A stretch of 64,000 nt of DNA, from NCBI GenBank assembly GCA_905178155.1, contig CAJINV010000002.1, positions 8,637,224 through 8,701,223 of the forward strand, in the 5' to 3' direction. This stretch comes from Amoebophrya sp. A120 (lineage: Eukaryota > Protista > Dinoflagellata). Positions within the stretch are counted from its first letter, which is position 1, and each line of letters starts with the position of its first letter. Positions 12,001-23,700 of the stretch are shown here, in pieces. The notes under the pieces were generated by a model, which had not been told where the DNA came from, made no database searches, and saw only the letters and a program-made list of their open reading frames with translations. Both the position numbers and the translations under genes were made by a program.

Positions 12001-15000
12001 GTGAGTCCGAAGCAGCCGACCTTCTGTTTTGCGCAGCGGGTGACATCTGCCACAACCGCAAGCCATACGGGTTGAAATCGTTAGGAGAAAAGCGACTCGG
12101 CCGTATTTGCTCTATTGCTTGCGGATCTTTCAACGCTGGAAGTGGGTTGGTCCTCATCACTTTAGTACTTTCCGCAGTAGTTGCGCCCGCTCCTCCAGGT
12201 ACTATTTGTGCGGAACCAAGAAACGGCGTTGTTGCCAGAAGATTGGCCGAGCCCACGAGCATCCCGCGAGTCGGAATCCAGTAGAATACCGCCGAGTGGT
12301 CCAGAAACGGCGTCGGGACGGCTTCGATCGGAAACTCGAACTCCCCCTGGAACTTCACCTTGCTACTTGTATTGGTTGCAGCATTCTGCTGTCCAGCTGC
12401 GGGAACGACATTCGTGTTGGTGGTCCTCGCTACGGTCCCTGTAAAAGCTGGCACAGCCCGTGTAATGAGTGTTTGTGTCCCCGCCGACCCTGGAGGTGCG
12501 CTCTCGGCTCCTTGTTCACGATCACGACCCCAAGAACCATAATTCGGATTGATGTTGTGCATTTCGTCTGGCTCTCGGTTTATTGGAGGAAAAAAATCGG
12601 CTCCACCGACCTCAAAGTGGTCCTCTTGTTGCTCCGGGTAGAACAGGTAGTTGTCACTGCCGACAAAATTTTCTACACGTCCGGCTCGCGACCGCGCCGA
12701 ACTTGCTCGCCGCAGCCGCGGTGGCACGTCGTCGACCGAACTTACGGTTGAACCGAGCCAGGCAGCGGGCGTGACCGTTTCCAGCTGCTGTGCAGATTGG
12801 TAGGTTGGGGAGGAAACGGTGCCGGAACTATTTTCTTGCAATAAATCAGGTCTTCTGATGCCAGCACGACCATTAGTTCTGCCCCCTTGTAGCTGCTCTT
12901 CCAATACGAAGCTGCTCCCCGCCGGCTCCAAGCTTGGTGACCCTGTTTCGATTTGCAAGTTTTTCGGGGCGCGGCGTTTCTGCTTGGAGGGGGTGGGCAG
13001 GTCCTCGTAAGTGTTCGTTTTCGACTGCATTTTTGCGTACGGATTGTTCATATCGGAACGAAAATTATCTTCCTTGTCAGCACCGGGGGGCGCTTCATCG
13101 TCGTCGTCGTGAAACTCCTGATGCTGCTGGTGGTCAAAGACAAGAGGTGACTCACGGAAACCTTCTCTCTGATCTGCTCGCTCGTTATTCGGTCGTCTTG
13201 ACGCGTGATGTGCAACTCCAGAGGGTCCTCGCGTAGTCCTCTTTGCAGGCTTTCTGATCCTGTCTTCACTCTGCTCGAGCTCCCCATGGGCGAGATTTTT
13301 CTGCACCGCAGTTGCAGGATGAAGGTCTCCAGGTGCACCCTCGTTGTTTCTTCTCTGGTGTTGTGAAAAAGGCCCAGGAGGCTGAGCCATTTTGACATTT
13401 TTGCCACTGCTGAGTGCTCCGGCTTTAGACCTCGCCGAGAGTTCCTTTTTCCGAAGCTGACGGTCGTGGTTTTTCAGCAAAATAGGGAGAAGATCTTTGA
13501 ATGCAATGGGCCGGAAGGTGATCTCCGCGTCCCTCTCACGCAAGGACAGAATCCCGGTCGGTAAGAGAAAGATCGCACTCGTAGGCGAAGCGGCGTGAGA
13601 GCTGCTGGTGTCCGGCGGTTCGATATCATGCAACCGCAGAACAAGATTGGTATCCGACAGCGCGGCCGTTGGACCGGAGCCAAAATCGTGATCCTCGTTT
13701 GCACTAGTTGGGAAGGACGACGTTGCTCCGCTGTCGTCCAGAACCACAAGCACCATGCTGCTTTTCTGGCTCGTGTCTCCTGCCGTTCGCAAGCGCAAAA
13801 GCAGCAGCGTGACCTTTTTAGAGGACCTCTCGCCGATTTGGGCAACATGTTCTGTAGTCGTCCTCCTCCTAGCAGGGTTATAGGCGTATTTACCAAGCGA
13901 ATCGGCAATGTCCAGCGAAATGGCATCCAAAATGTCGATGCCAGTTGTCACTTGTTGCGCTGCAGCTGCTTCTCCGCCCGTCTTGGAGGATGGCGCCGGC
14001 GGAGTTACGTCAATCACATCAAAGTGAAGTGAAGAGGAACCCGCAGCTGTTGTGGCTGCAGTCAACATCCCCGAGCTGCCGACAGCTGCAGCATTTGTTT
14101 GCGTCCGGTAGCGAAGCAGCTGTGCTGTGTGCAGTCCAGAAGATCGTGAGACAAGGTAGAAAGACGTGTCAGGTAGAAGCACTGAGTGTTGAGATGATGA
14201 AAAACTTCCTAGGCAGAAGTCCCGCGGTCTTGCAAAATGTGCAGACAGTTGTAATCTGGAAGCCAGCCACAACCGAAAATCCACCCAAATGTTGCCGTTC
14301 AGAATCAGAAAGAGTGCGTCCTCGTCATTTATGCGATGATCGTTGCTCGTGGTACTAGCAGAGGTTGCTTTGGTGCCCGAAACCCTTGTCGACGTGATGC
14401 TGGTCACAGCAAACGCGGTATCCAGCTTTGCAAGCAAAACCGCACTGGCGCTCGGCAGCGGAGCACTGTTGCTTCCCATGTTTGAAGCAGCGGTAGCCGT
14501 TGCTGATGCTGCAGTCGGTGAAGCGACGACTTCCCAACACAGGACTCCGCCCCGTCCACCGACAAAAAGGAGGTGGGAAGTCGCGGTCGTAGGAGCGGAG
14601 CTTCGGCTAGAACTCCCAAAGTTTCCCGGAACCGCATGGATTGAGTTCAGCTCCCAGGTTTCGCACATAATCAGCCTCTTGCTCGTCAAGGTCGACCACA
14701 CGCACAAACAGCCACTGTTTGGGAGAAACTGTGGGCGCTGCTGGGCGTTCGTGTCGCTTGGTGTAGTGCGCGCGCCGCAGGCGATCACCAGGTCGTCAAC
14801 ATTTGCGGCGGAGCAATTCTCCACGAGTGCAAAGTCGGTCGGAAACAGGCCAGTTTTTTTTGATTGCTGCTGCTCCATGATCGCGCTGCTGCTTGTCGTT
14901 CCTGCGGACGTCTGCTCTTGGGCGCTATTTCTCTTCTTTTTCCCCGACGAGGAAGAAGATTTGCAGCTCATTGCCAGCTTTTTCCACAATGAAGTGCTAC

Positions 15001-16615
15001 CACTTGTTCCAGGTTTTGTCACGTTAAACCCCTCGTAGGTCTGGAGCAGCTGCAAGTGCAGGTCTTGAGGATGGTCTTGGCTGGAATAGATCGCGTACAC
15101 CAAGATCGTCCCGCTTCTCGTACTCATCGCAATTTTGGGCGGCTCGGAAGACACCCCGGTCGTCTCGGCGGCAGTGTTTAAGCTTGCGCTGTTCTTCTTG
15201 CCCTGCAGCGATTGAATTTTCGTCGCGCGGCCAACGCCGGGCGGCAGAGAGGTCTGCCGGAGCTGCTGCCCCGATGGTACCTGGAAATAATTGTTCCAGT
15301 TTTCATTCGCTTTCCATCATAAATAGGGAAGCCAGGCGTCACTCCTGTGTCCATACGACCAATGCAATTGCAACAAGATATACTTTCATATTTTCGCGCA
15401 TTCCGAATCCGAATATTGTTTTAGCAGCAGCTACTCTGCGAATTATTCAACGCAGCTGCGAGCGTGCGCACAGTCATACTTGTTAAATCAAGCTAGAAAG
15501 CGTAAAAGTACACCAGATAGTGCCGGAATTTTGTGTTCGCGACGAGCATTTGCATTTGTTCCTGCCTTCGCGTTGCACCGGGAACCGTCGCCCCGCCGTC
15601 CTCTAGCACGCAAACGCAATCACCCTCCTCTAGCACTACGCCGCACCAGCTTGGCGTGAGCTTTTCCACATTCAGAGAGACTTCTGGTCCACCTCCAGGA
15701 GTAGACCCTGCTATCTGCTCGATGGGGACGTGCAAATGAAAGACCGTCCGCAGCTCAGACTTGTTTTTCAAAGTCGCGGATGGCCGGCGCCGGGCTTTGC
15801 CACGTGTCCCCCCACTCGAGGATGATGAAGATAGCAACTGTGCCGGCGCTGAGAGAATCGCTGCCGCAGCACCGCCAACGCCACTTCGGAGGTTCTGTTC
15901 GTTTTGTTCTCTCCTCGTGCTGCTGTTCATCATTGCGCGCTGCTGCTGATAATCCTTGTAGAATCTGCACCCCGGGCACCACTGAACCAAAACGGCGACG
16001 CTGACCGAGTTTGAAGATGGTGCGCGCGCTGCTGCTGGACTAGCGAGATTGTTCCTGCGACTCGATGCTGCACTGCGCACGTTTTCATCCAGCCGTATGG
16101 TTGCCACGGGATCGAGTTGCGGCAACAGCATGTCGAAGTACTCGTATCCAGGAAAAAACACCCATCGATCCCCATCCATTTTTTGCATGACAAATAGTGG
16201 ACTTTATGCATGTTTTGCATGACAAATTGGATGGGGACGATGGGTGTTTTTTCCAGGATAACTCGGCCCATAGCCCGATTTCCGCGAGCGGCGGCAGCGC
16301 AAACGTTGCCGTCGGTTGTTTCGGCAAGGGTAAGGCGTGGTCGTAGCACTTGACAAAAAGGTTCGTGGGTGTGGAAGCGGTGAGAAAGAGGAGAAACTCT
16401 TTGCTCGGAGGAGCAAAAGCGTGCTGATGTTGTAGATCGTCACCGTATGAAGCTCTACTTCTAGCGGTACAGGGTAGCACGCAGTGTCCCGCATGGCTGC
16501 TGCTCTCATCCAGTTGGGAGGAACTGTCGGGAGTGCTCGTGATTTGTGAGCTATTGGGAGCGAACACGCGGTGCACCTCCACTCGCCGCAACAAGACCGC
16601 ACTATCGGACGCCAT
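3098..16615 (-). CDS. Giant ~4387-aa protein: possible degenerate beta-propeller N-terminus, LamG/concanavalin A-like domain (~6410-7140), C-terminal CxxC zinc-binding motifs. Exons 16615-16263, 16141-15514, 15280-3098
   Basis: ORFs 16085-16678, 15493-16188 and 3098-15154 join in frame after removing a 121-nt introner and a 233-nt GT-AG intron; ATG at 16615 (MASDSAV). LamG-like motifs WTLEFYWRP, WHHVAVVREGDELRIFI, VTEVRIY. C-terminal CPCC, CENC, CKRC, CSFC. Confidence 0.85.
15281..15513 (-). other. Canonical GT-AG intron (233 nt, phase 0)
   Basis: CTG|GTGTAC donor at 15513 and TTTCCAG|GTA acceptor at 15281 give RHYL|VPSGQQ, in frame with the 4018-aa ORF. Confidence 0.8.
16145..16260. mobile_element. 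Inverted-repeat introner (MITE-like non-canonical intron), 116 nt, 5-nt target-site duplication
   Basis: ~33-nt terminal inverted repeat (tatccaggaaaaaacacccatcgatccccatcca / tggatggggacgatgggtgttttttccaggata), flanked by actcg at 16140-16144 and 16261-16265. Removing the element plus one repeat (121 nt) restores the frame as LWAE|YFDMLL. Confidence 0.9.
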
Positions 16616-17192
16616 GTTGACTCTAAGACAAATGAACAGGGTCAACTCATAGTCTCGCTTCGCTATGCCCTGAATCAAACCAAAACCTTAATCACACCCA
16701 AAACCACGAACTCAGAATTGGTTTGACAAACACCAAGCAAAGAGATAGAGTAATAAAGTAAACGCAAACGCACAGAAAACTCCACTAGCAAGAATTTTCT
16801 CGACCGCTTTGTCTTGCCTGGTTCGTCACGAGGTGGTGGAGCAATGGTTTTGTCTTTAGGCTTTGTAAAATCTTCGATAATCTTCTTTCTGACGCTCTTC
16901 ATCCACTCTGTTGCCTATGCCTTCTCCGACGAACAGACGACTGCTGACTCATCACCGGCCTCGCATTGCCAGTACGGTGGACTGGATATTGCCAGTTTTC
17001 GCCTCCAAGAGACACAGACATCTGTACTTCTCACCGATCAGTGTGTTGATTCTTGGAAATTCATATTCAGAAAACGAAACAAATTGAAACTGCTTCATAC
17101 TTTCTCGATTGCAGTTTTTTCGTCAGGAAAGCGAAACGAACGAAACGCAAACATAAACATATTCACCTTGCTTTTTGCAGTAAAAATCACTT

Positions 17193-17735
17193 CTACTGTC
17201 CGGGACTACCCTCCTCTTCCGACGACGAGTTCCGGTCTTTCGTCGGGTTGGGCCGCGGCGACTTTTGCATTTCCCCTACGCGCTCCGCCACGCTGACCCC
17301 CAGCCGACTGGGTCGCTTCGGCAACGAGGGGTGCTCGGAGGACTCGTCCGGGTGCTGGTCGATCGAATGCGCGATGTGCAAGCCTTCCTCGTCCAGGATC
17401 TGCTCCAGCGCCTGCTGCTGCGTGTCCTCGCCGAACAGCTCCCGGTCCATAAACCCTTGGGTCGCCGCGTTCACCGGAGTGCCCAAGATTCCCCGGCCGA
17501 TAATCTTGTTGTACAACGGCTTAGGCTCGCCAATACAGCACGCGAACATGTCCTCGAGGAACGTCGATTCGTAGATGGTCGCGAATTGCTTCGCAGGGGC
17601 GGGTTCCGGGTCCGCAGCCGCCGCGTCGGTGGTTGTGCCCGGGACTCCTTCCGGCGGTGGGGTTCCTGGTTCACCACCTTTGCTTTCCTTCTTGTGATGA
17701 TGGTGGTGGTGATGGTGGTGGTGTTCCGCGGACAT
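17193..17735 (-). CDS. Small hypothetical protein with N-terminal poly-histidine tract (may have a further 3' exon)
   Basis: ORF starting MSAEHHHHHHHHHHKK with an ordered-looking core (FATIYESTFLEDMFACCIGEPKPLYNKIIGRGILG); co-oriented with neighbouring genes. Confidence 0.7.
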   Translation of the reverse strand: MSAEHHHHHHHHHHKKESKGGEPGTPPPEGVPGTTTDAAAADPEPAPAKQFATIYESTFLEDMFACCIGEPKPLYNKIIGRGILGTPVNAATQGFMDRELFGEDTQQQALEQILDEEGLHIAHSIDQHPDESSEHPSLPKRPSRLGVSVAERVGEMQKSPRPNPTKDRNSSSEEEGSPGQ

Positions 17736-18700
17736 TGTCAATTTCGCTCCTGGTTGTAGTTACCTAGGTCACCAGCTCTGCCTCTTGCTCGTACTTCGAA
17801 TCAGTGTGCCTTTGCTGCTTGCCAATGAACATGACAACAGTTGCTTCGGGACTCAACGATGAAGCTACCACAGCACTTCTTGGCCTTGCCTTGGACTCCA
17901 ACATCGTTTTTGAGCGATGACGATCAACCTACACTCACAGAAACGCGCGTCGGCTGTCGTTTTCTTTTACGCGTCACTCGGCGAAAGAATTCTCGTCTCT
18001 CTAGCCATGTTTCCTCGATAAGACAGTCTAGTTCCGATAGCCTTTTCATTTCAAACAAAGACAGGAGGAGGAGGATCCTTCACACCTGTTTTTAGCTATA
18101 CATATTGCTACTCAAGTGGAACATGATGTCGCAGACCACCCGGAGGAAACGAGCAGGGAGGCACCGCTCTCAGGAGAAACACCTACTCGGCCAGCATTTG
18201 CTCCTGTTCCTTGTACCAGACGCGCCATGTTGCAACTACCACTCTTCGAGTTGCGGGCACTGAGGTACACTGTTGCAGCTTCTTCTCTTCGAGCCGCGGC
18301 CGGGTGCGCTCCGTCTGCTCACAAGCTTACCCTCTGTGGTGCGGCTGTCTACTCTGGGACGGTCCGGGGCTTGGGCGAGTTTAGGGTCATATCGGGCACC
18401 ATATGTGTTAGGTGCTTGTCCCTTAACTCTGTAGACACTGCGCTGCCTCCGCCCTGGAGCAGCTTGAGGCAGAGCTCACCTCCCGATTTTGTCACGATCA
18501 GGCGCTTCAAGGTGGTAGCATATTTGTCATGCTGCCACCTTCTCTCGGGTGGTTCTGGCCGGACCTTCGTCTCGTTCTACAAAGTCCACGTCTACGAATG
18601 CAAGACGCGAACTTTAGCTGCGCCCTAAAAATCTGAGATTCTTCCACTAGGCGGCTGCGCTGGATCGTGGGGAATTCTAATATGTATGGATCCGCACCTT

Positions 18701-18811
18701 GAATCGAGAAAAGATAGAGATACATCTGGAATCTCTATCAGAGAAAATCAATATCAGGATCTATCGACATCTCAGCAGCTCCTGGTCCAGATGTATATCT
18801 TTTCTTCATTC
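18701..18811. repeat. Degenerate inverted repeat / hairpin
   Basis: gaatcgagaaaagatagagatacatctgga (18701-18730) matches the reverse complement of 18786-18811 (gaatgaagaaaagatatacatctgga) with a 4-nt bulge. Confidence 0.55.
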
Positions 18812-19249
18812 TCCAGGCTCCGCGCCCTCGTTTTCCGCTTTCTCGTCGTGGTCTAGTTTGCTTGTGCTTAGACTAGGCGTGACCTGCTAGCTTTCGTTCT
18901 TGCACCTTGTACGCTCGTGGCAGTGGAAGAGAAGATGTGAACCCGTCCAAAGAAGATGTTGAGAGCCAGAGCCCGCCACAAGAAGATGAAACTCTGCCGG
19001 CGCTGTGGAGAGGGAAATCGCCGACAGGGACCATATTTCTGGATGGAATGCGCACACAGACGCACGGGGCGCTGAGGCTCTACCTACTTTCTACTGTAAA
19101 TGGGCACAGCTGACCCGCCACGTACGGGTGTCTAACTATTTTGCTTCGAAACTCCATCGCAAGGAGTCGGGGGAGATACCGACGTGGCGTCAGTGGTGGT
19201 AAATGTGTGTGTGCGATGGGTCTAACAACTACTCTACGGCATAGCTCCC

Positions 19250-19312
19250 CCTGTTCTAGATTTTTCGGATCTCAGGCAACAAGGAAAAGCCTTGAGCCAA
19301 AATGGCTACGGA
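19250..19312 (-). ncRNA. Dinoflagellate spliced-leader (DinoSL) copy, probable SL RNA gene; leader exon 19312-19291, 3' end uncertain
   Basis: Reverse complement of 19291-19312 is TCCGTAGCCATTTTGGCTCAAG, an exact match to the DCCGTAGCCATTTTGGCTCAAG consensus. It is followed by GCTTTTCCTTG, which can pair back across the junction (CAAGG/CCTTG). No ORF follows. Confidence 0.75.
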
Positions 19313-19479
19313 CAGAGAACACATTGCCTAACGGAAAACAAAGCGCAGACGAAACAGAAACTCTGATCGGCTGCAACAGCAACTGGCGCCGGAGCTATAT
19401 TTTTACATTTGACACGCCTTGTTCTGCGGCCCTTCTTGCGAGCACTTGCGTTTCAATACTGAGGATACACACAGCCGGG

Positions 19480-20120
19480 CTGGGCCAGGCGCCGTAACGC
19501 AAAGGCCGCGGGGCACGCAGGTGTGACCCTGGGCGGCGCAGCAAGTTCGTCTCGCTGACTCGTGGCCCAGCGCACTATGTATACTGGTGACGCCGCCCGG
19601 GGCGTAGGGGCCGGACCAGGAGCACACTAGCGCGCAGGCCCCCCCCCCCGCTCCACGGCGGGAACGCCCGCCCACCCGCCGAAGTGGCTCGTAAGCATAG
19701 CGGACACCCAGGGCGGCGCGGCCTGCGAATTAGGGCAGGCGCGCGCGCGCGCCAGGTTGGCGCAGCCGTTTGGGCGGCGCTGTTCCGGCGGGGCAGTGCG
19801 CGCCGCGCGCACCCATTGAAAATCGCCCGAGTCTCCGCCCAGCCGCATCATGTCCGTCGCCCTCGCTGATCGACATTTCGGCTTGCTCGATCAACTTCAT
19901 GGCGCCGACGTTGTTCATCACCGCTTGCCAGGTGGCCTTTTTTCCAAACCGGCGCCGCGGCGGGCCGCTTCGCCCCAGAGGTTCGGCCTCGGGCCGCTTT
20001 AAGCAGTAGCGAAATAATGCAAAGAGAAAGCCCAAAAGCCGGCACCCACGCACACGCACTCCGCTGCCGGGGGAAACCGTCGCCACAGGTGAGGACACGC
20101 GCCAGCTCACCACGGAAGCA
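19480..20120. repeat. GC-rich block upstream of the SL copy; probable dispersed repeat or regulatory segment
   Basis: Abrupt rise in GC content with C/G runs and (gc)n tracts relative to flanks; only short low-credibility ORFs. Repetitiveness cannot be shown from this window. Confidence 0.35.
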
Positions 20121-20790
20121 TGTTCTTGCGCGTCTCAGATGAGATTTTGACTAATTGCGATAATTCAATAACTCAGATTGGTAAAACTTTATGGGTTTAA
20201 TACTCGTCTTTCTTGCATCAGTTGCGGTGCACACTCGCAGTTGCTGTTCTCCTTCGGCTTGCTGCATCATGATAATAACCTAACTTCCGCTGGTTCGGTT
20301 CTCTCTGGCTCAGTTTCCTCGACAAGGCAGTCTACTTCCGCGTTGGAGAAATCAAACACCTTTTTCTTTGCGGAGTCTCTTCTCGAATAGCGACAAGGTC
20401 GAGGTACCATAAAAATTGTAGTACTTGGTACTGGTAGTTGAGCGAACAAATAAACCCGGTTAGTCATAGTACTTCGGAACAACGGAGGCTCATCTTGTTC
20501 ATGCGCCATTTCAATGCTTTCTTAGCTGTGCAAGTGCGGCGAAGAGTTTCGCTATGAACAAAAAAACAGTGCGGCATGCCGTCTTGTCCACTGAAAAAGC
20601 AAGTCCATCGTCCTGGTGCTATGTTCCGTCGACAAGTACATTGCAAGTTTCCACCTTCGAATCGAAATCGAATCGCGAGCAATTTGAACGGGCGTATCTT
20701 TTCTTTGCGACTCTCTTCCAATCACAGCTAGACATCCTCACTCTACTTTTCTGCCTAGTCCACCCATGTCCTTGTCGCTTATCGGCCATC

Positions 20791-23700
20791 CTACCTTCTG
20801 CTGGAGAGTTCCAGGTATCTAGCTTTGTCTTCCGAACTAGCTTTGTACACACGGGACTCGGACTTCTTGAACTTTTCCAGCAATTTGTTCGTCTTCTTGT
20901 TCGCTGCTAAAGAATTTACTTCCACGTCAAGCACGTCCAAAGGGCGTAGCCAGTGCTGCACCTCCTCCTCGTTCATTTCTTGCAGCGAAAAATCGCTGTC
21001 GTTCTCGATTTCGGAGGAATGCAGGGTACACTCGGTCTCTCCCAGGCTGTCCTGGTCGAGCTGCAGAAGATACAAGTCCTCCGGCGTCTTTCCGTCCTCG
21101 TCGCTGTCCGGCTTTTTCCCAGCGTCACCGCATTGGTCACCCTCCTGTCCTCCATTTGCACCAGAACTTCCTGCTCCATCACCATCTCCAGTGTCGTTCG
21201 AGGTGAACATGGCGATGACTCTCTCCGATTTGTCCTTTCTCTTCTTCCGCGCCTCCTCCAGCTGCGCTTCCCGCTTCCTGCGCTCCTCCTCCTTCTTTTT
21301 CACTTGCTTTTCAAGTTTTTCCAAGCCCGTTTTGAACTTCGGGTAAACGGTTGCCCAGTAGTCGCTGCTGCGATACACGATCGTGTGGTGGTTCTTTTCG
21401 AAGCGCTTTGCTCTTCTCTCCGCCCGTTTCGCGAATCCGTTGTCCTGACGTAAATCGTGGCAGACCTCCCTCCGCACCCGCTCCCAAACGCCTTGCTTTT
21501 TCGTTGATTTCTGCTCTTCTTTCAACTTTTCGGTTTTCTCCGCCAGTGGCAAATGCTTGACGAACTGCTCGTGGTTGTCAAACATGGCCAACTTGCACCG
21601 GACCAACCGCCACCACGCGCGGTTTGCCTGCGCTTTGATCACGGTGCCCTTGTTCAGCCCGTCTTGCTTGTGCGGCTCGGCGGTCGCCGTGGAGATTTGC
21701 GTGTAATCAAGTTTCCCAATCGTCGTGCCCGCGAACACGCTGTGCGCCCACTGCGTCGCGTCGACTTTCACCCGCGGGCGCTGACTGCTGGACTCGACTT
21801 GCCCCCAGTGAGCCACGTTGTCCTTCGTCACCACGCGAACGCGCTGCCCTTTCGTGAAGGGGAGAGGGCGGATGAAGTTGAAGGCTTTTTTCCCGCCAGC
21901 ATCGCCCCTAGCCGCTGCGCCGACGCCGTCCTCCTCCTCTTCGCTCGGCGATGCGGCAAGAACTTCGACGATCACCCGCTTGTTCTTCGTGCTATCCGTA
22001 GCATCAGAATTTGCTGATTTCAGCACCTCCTCCACCCGTCCCTTTACCCAGTCGTCCTCCACCCAGTCGCGGACCTCGACCATCTCGCCGACCTCGTACG
22101 CCACCCGCGTGCGGTGTTTTCGCTTCGTCTTGCTGTTGTCGTCGTCCACGTCCATTTTGTCTTCCTCGTGAAAAAAATCGTCCAGGGCCGCCTCGGTTTT
22201 GCCGCCCTTCAGACACGCCTCCTCGTTGCTATCCTCGTAGTGATCCGAATCCAGCTGCAAAAACGTTGCTGCTTGTGAAGCCACTCCGTCTGCTGCGGTG
22301 GGGATCGAGGGTTGGAGTAGCTTGTTGGAGATGTTATTGGGGTCGTGCTCATTCATTTCCTCCACATCATCCACACCTATTGTTTTGCGGTCTTCTCCTG
22401 CTATCCGCTCGACCAGTGTTTGGTCCTTCTCCCCTTCCGAGCTGTCGAACTCGAACGAGTACTCCAGCTCGGTGTACTCGTTCTCGGTGCTAACGACGGT
22501 CTCCTCCGAGACTAAATGGTCTGTGTAGGACCAGTCGGAATTCGGAAACGCGCCCCGGTAGAAGTGCTGCTGGCGCTTATTGTGCCGTGATACTTCTACA
22601 GCCGCAGTGCTAGTACCGTTCTTGACTTCATCTACCTCCTCGCTTGAGTCGTCCGTCGTCACTAGGACTTTGCCGTGCCTCGCGGTTCCGCCAATAGTAG
22701 CGAAGGCGTTTGTAGGATCCATCAAAGAAGCTGTCGCTAACCCTGTCGCACCTGCACGGCCACTGCCTATCAGGTCTTTGTAGCAATCCGCGGTTGCTTT
22801 CTCAGACCCCTCGTCGAGATTGCCGAGCAAGGTTTCAGCTTTCTTGGGTCCTGGTCGGAGGGCTCCAGAGGACCGCGTTGTTGCACTTTCGCCACTGTTG
22901 TTCGGGAACTGCACTAGGTCCGTCGTGTGCAAGTACTCGTCGGCGCGGGAAGTGAGCGTGAGAGACACGCCGTGTGGCCGCATTTTTCTTGCGTAGGCCG
23001 CGGATGATGAGGAGGAGGATGAATGCCCTGTTAGCTGCTCCGATGGGATAACTCTACTCGCAGTTGCGCCTTCGCTTCTTGTCGCACGAACAACCAGCTG
23101 CGCGGCCTCTTTTCCATATTCGAAGCCAATTTTGCTGCTGAAGCTGGTACTACTGTTTTTCCCGTCTGCCCCTACGCCTGATATGATGCTGCGCTCTTGT
23201 CCCTGGTGCTCGTCCAGTAGTCGTTTGTACAAGCCCTGCACCTGCTCTTTGAACCGCATGTCAGCCCACCCTTTGCCCTCAAACCCGACCGTTCTACTGA
23301 CCGCGTCGACGTGGATGCGCTTTGTCGTGGAGAAATACTTTTGCAGCGATCTCTCCGGGTCTTCGTACAGATCCTCTTTGAGTCTTGACTGCTTTTTCCT
23401 CGCAGGAACAACTCCACTATTTTGGTTTGTTCCCGTCTCGACGTAAAGGCTCCTTTCCGTTCCTGCAACAAGGAGGTCTGCTGAAGACGCTCCTGCTTGG
23501 TTGGCTCGCACCGGGCTCGGACTGTTCAAGATTTTCCGTTTTCCGCTATTTGAGGTCGAGGTTGTTGGCCGCATCTTTGAAGCCGTTGCAGCTCCACCGT
23601 CTGGTACTATTGACGAACCTCCCACGATTGCCGCCGGGAAAAAATCTGCGAAACTCTCCCCAAGTTCATCTTGTTGAACGAAATCAAATTCTCCGTTGGC

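Noticed and set aside
16141-16262. Canonical GT-AG reading of the first introner (122 nt)
   Set aside because: Shifts the frame into a stop at 15930; the 121-nt TSD-defined excision keeps the frame.
18116-18628. 170-aa plus-strand ORF and other short ORFs in the SL cassette
   Set aside because: Non-ATG start, against the strand of the gene block, no domain features, and no RT or transposase motifs.
19100-19500. 5S rRNA or snRNA genes next to the SL
   Set aside because: Looked for because SL genes are often linked to them; no recognisable match by eye.
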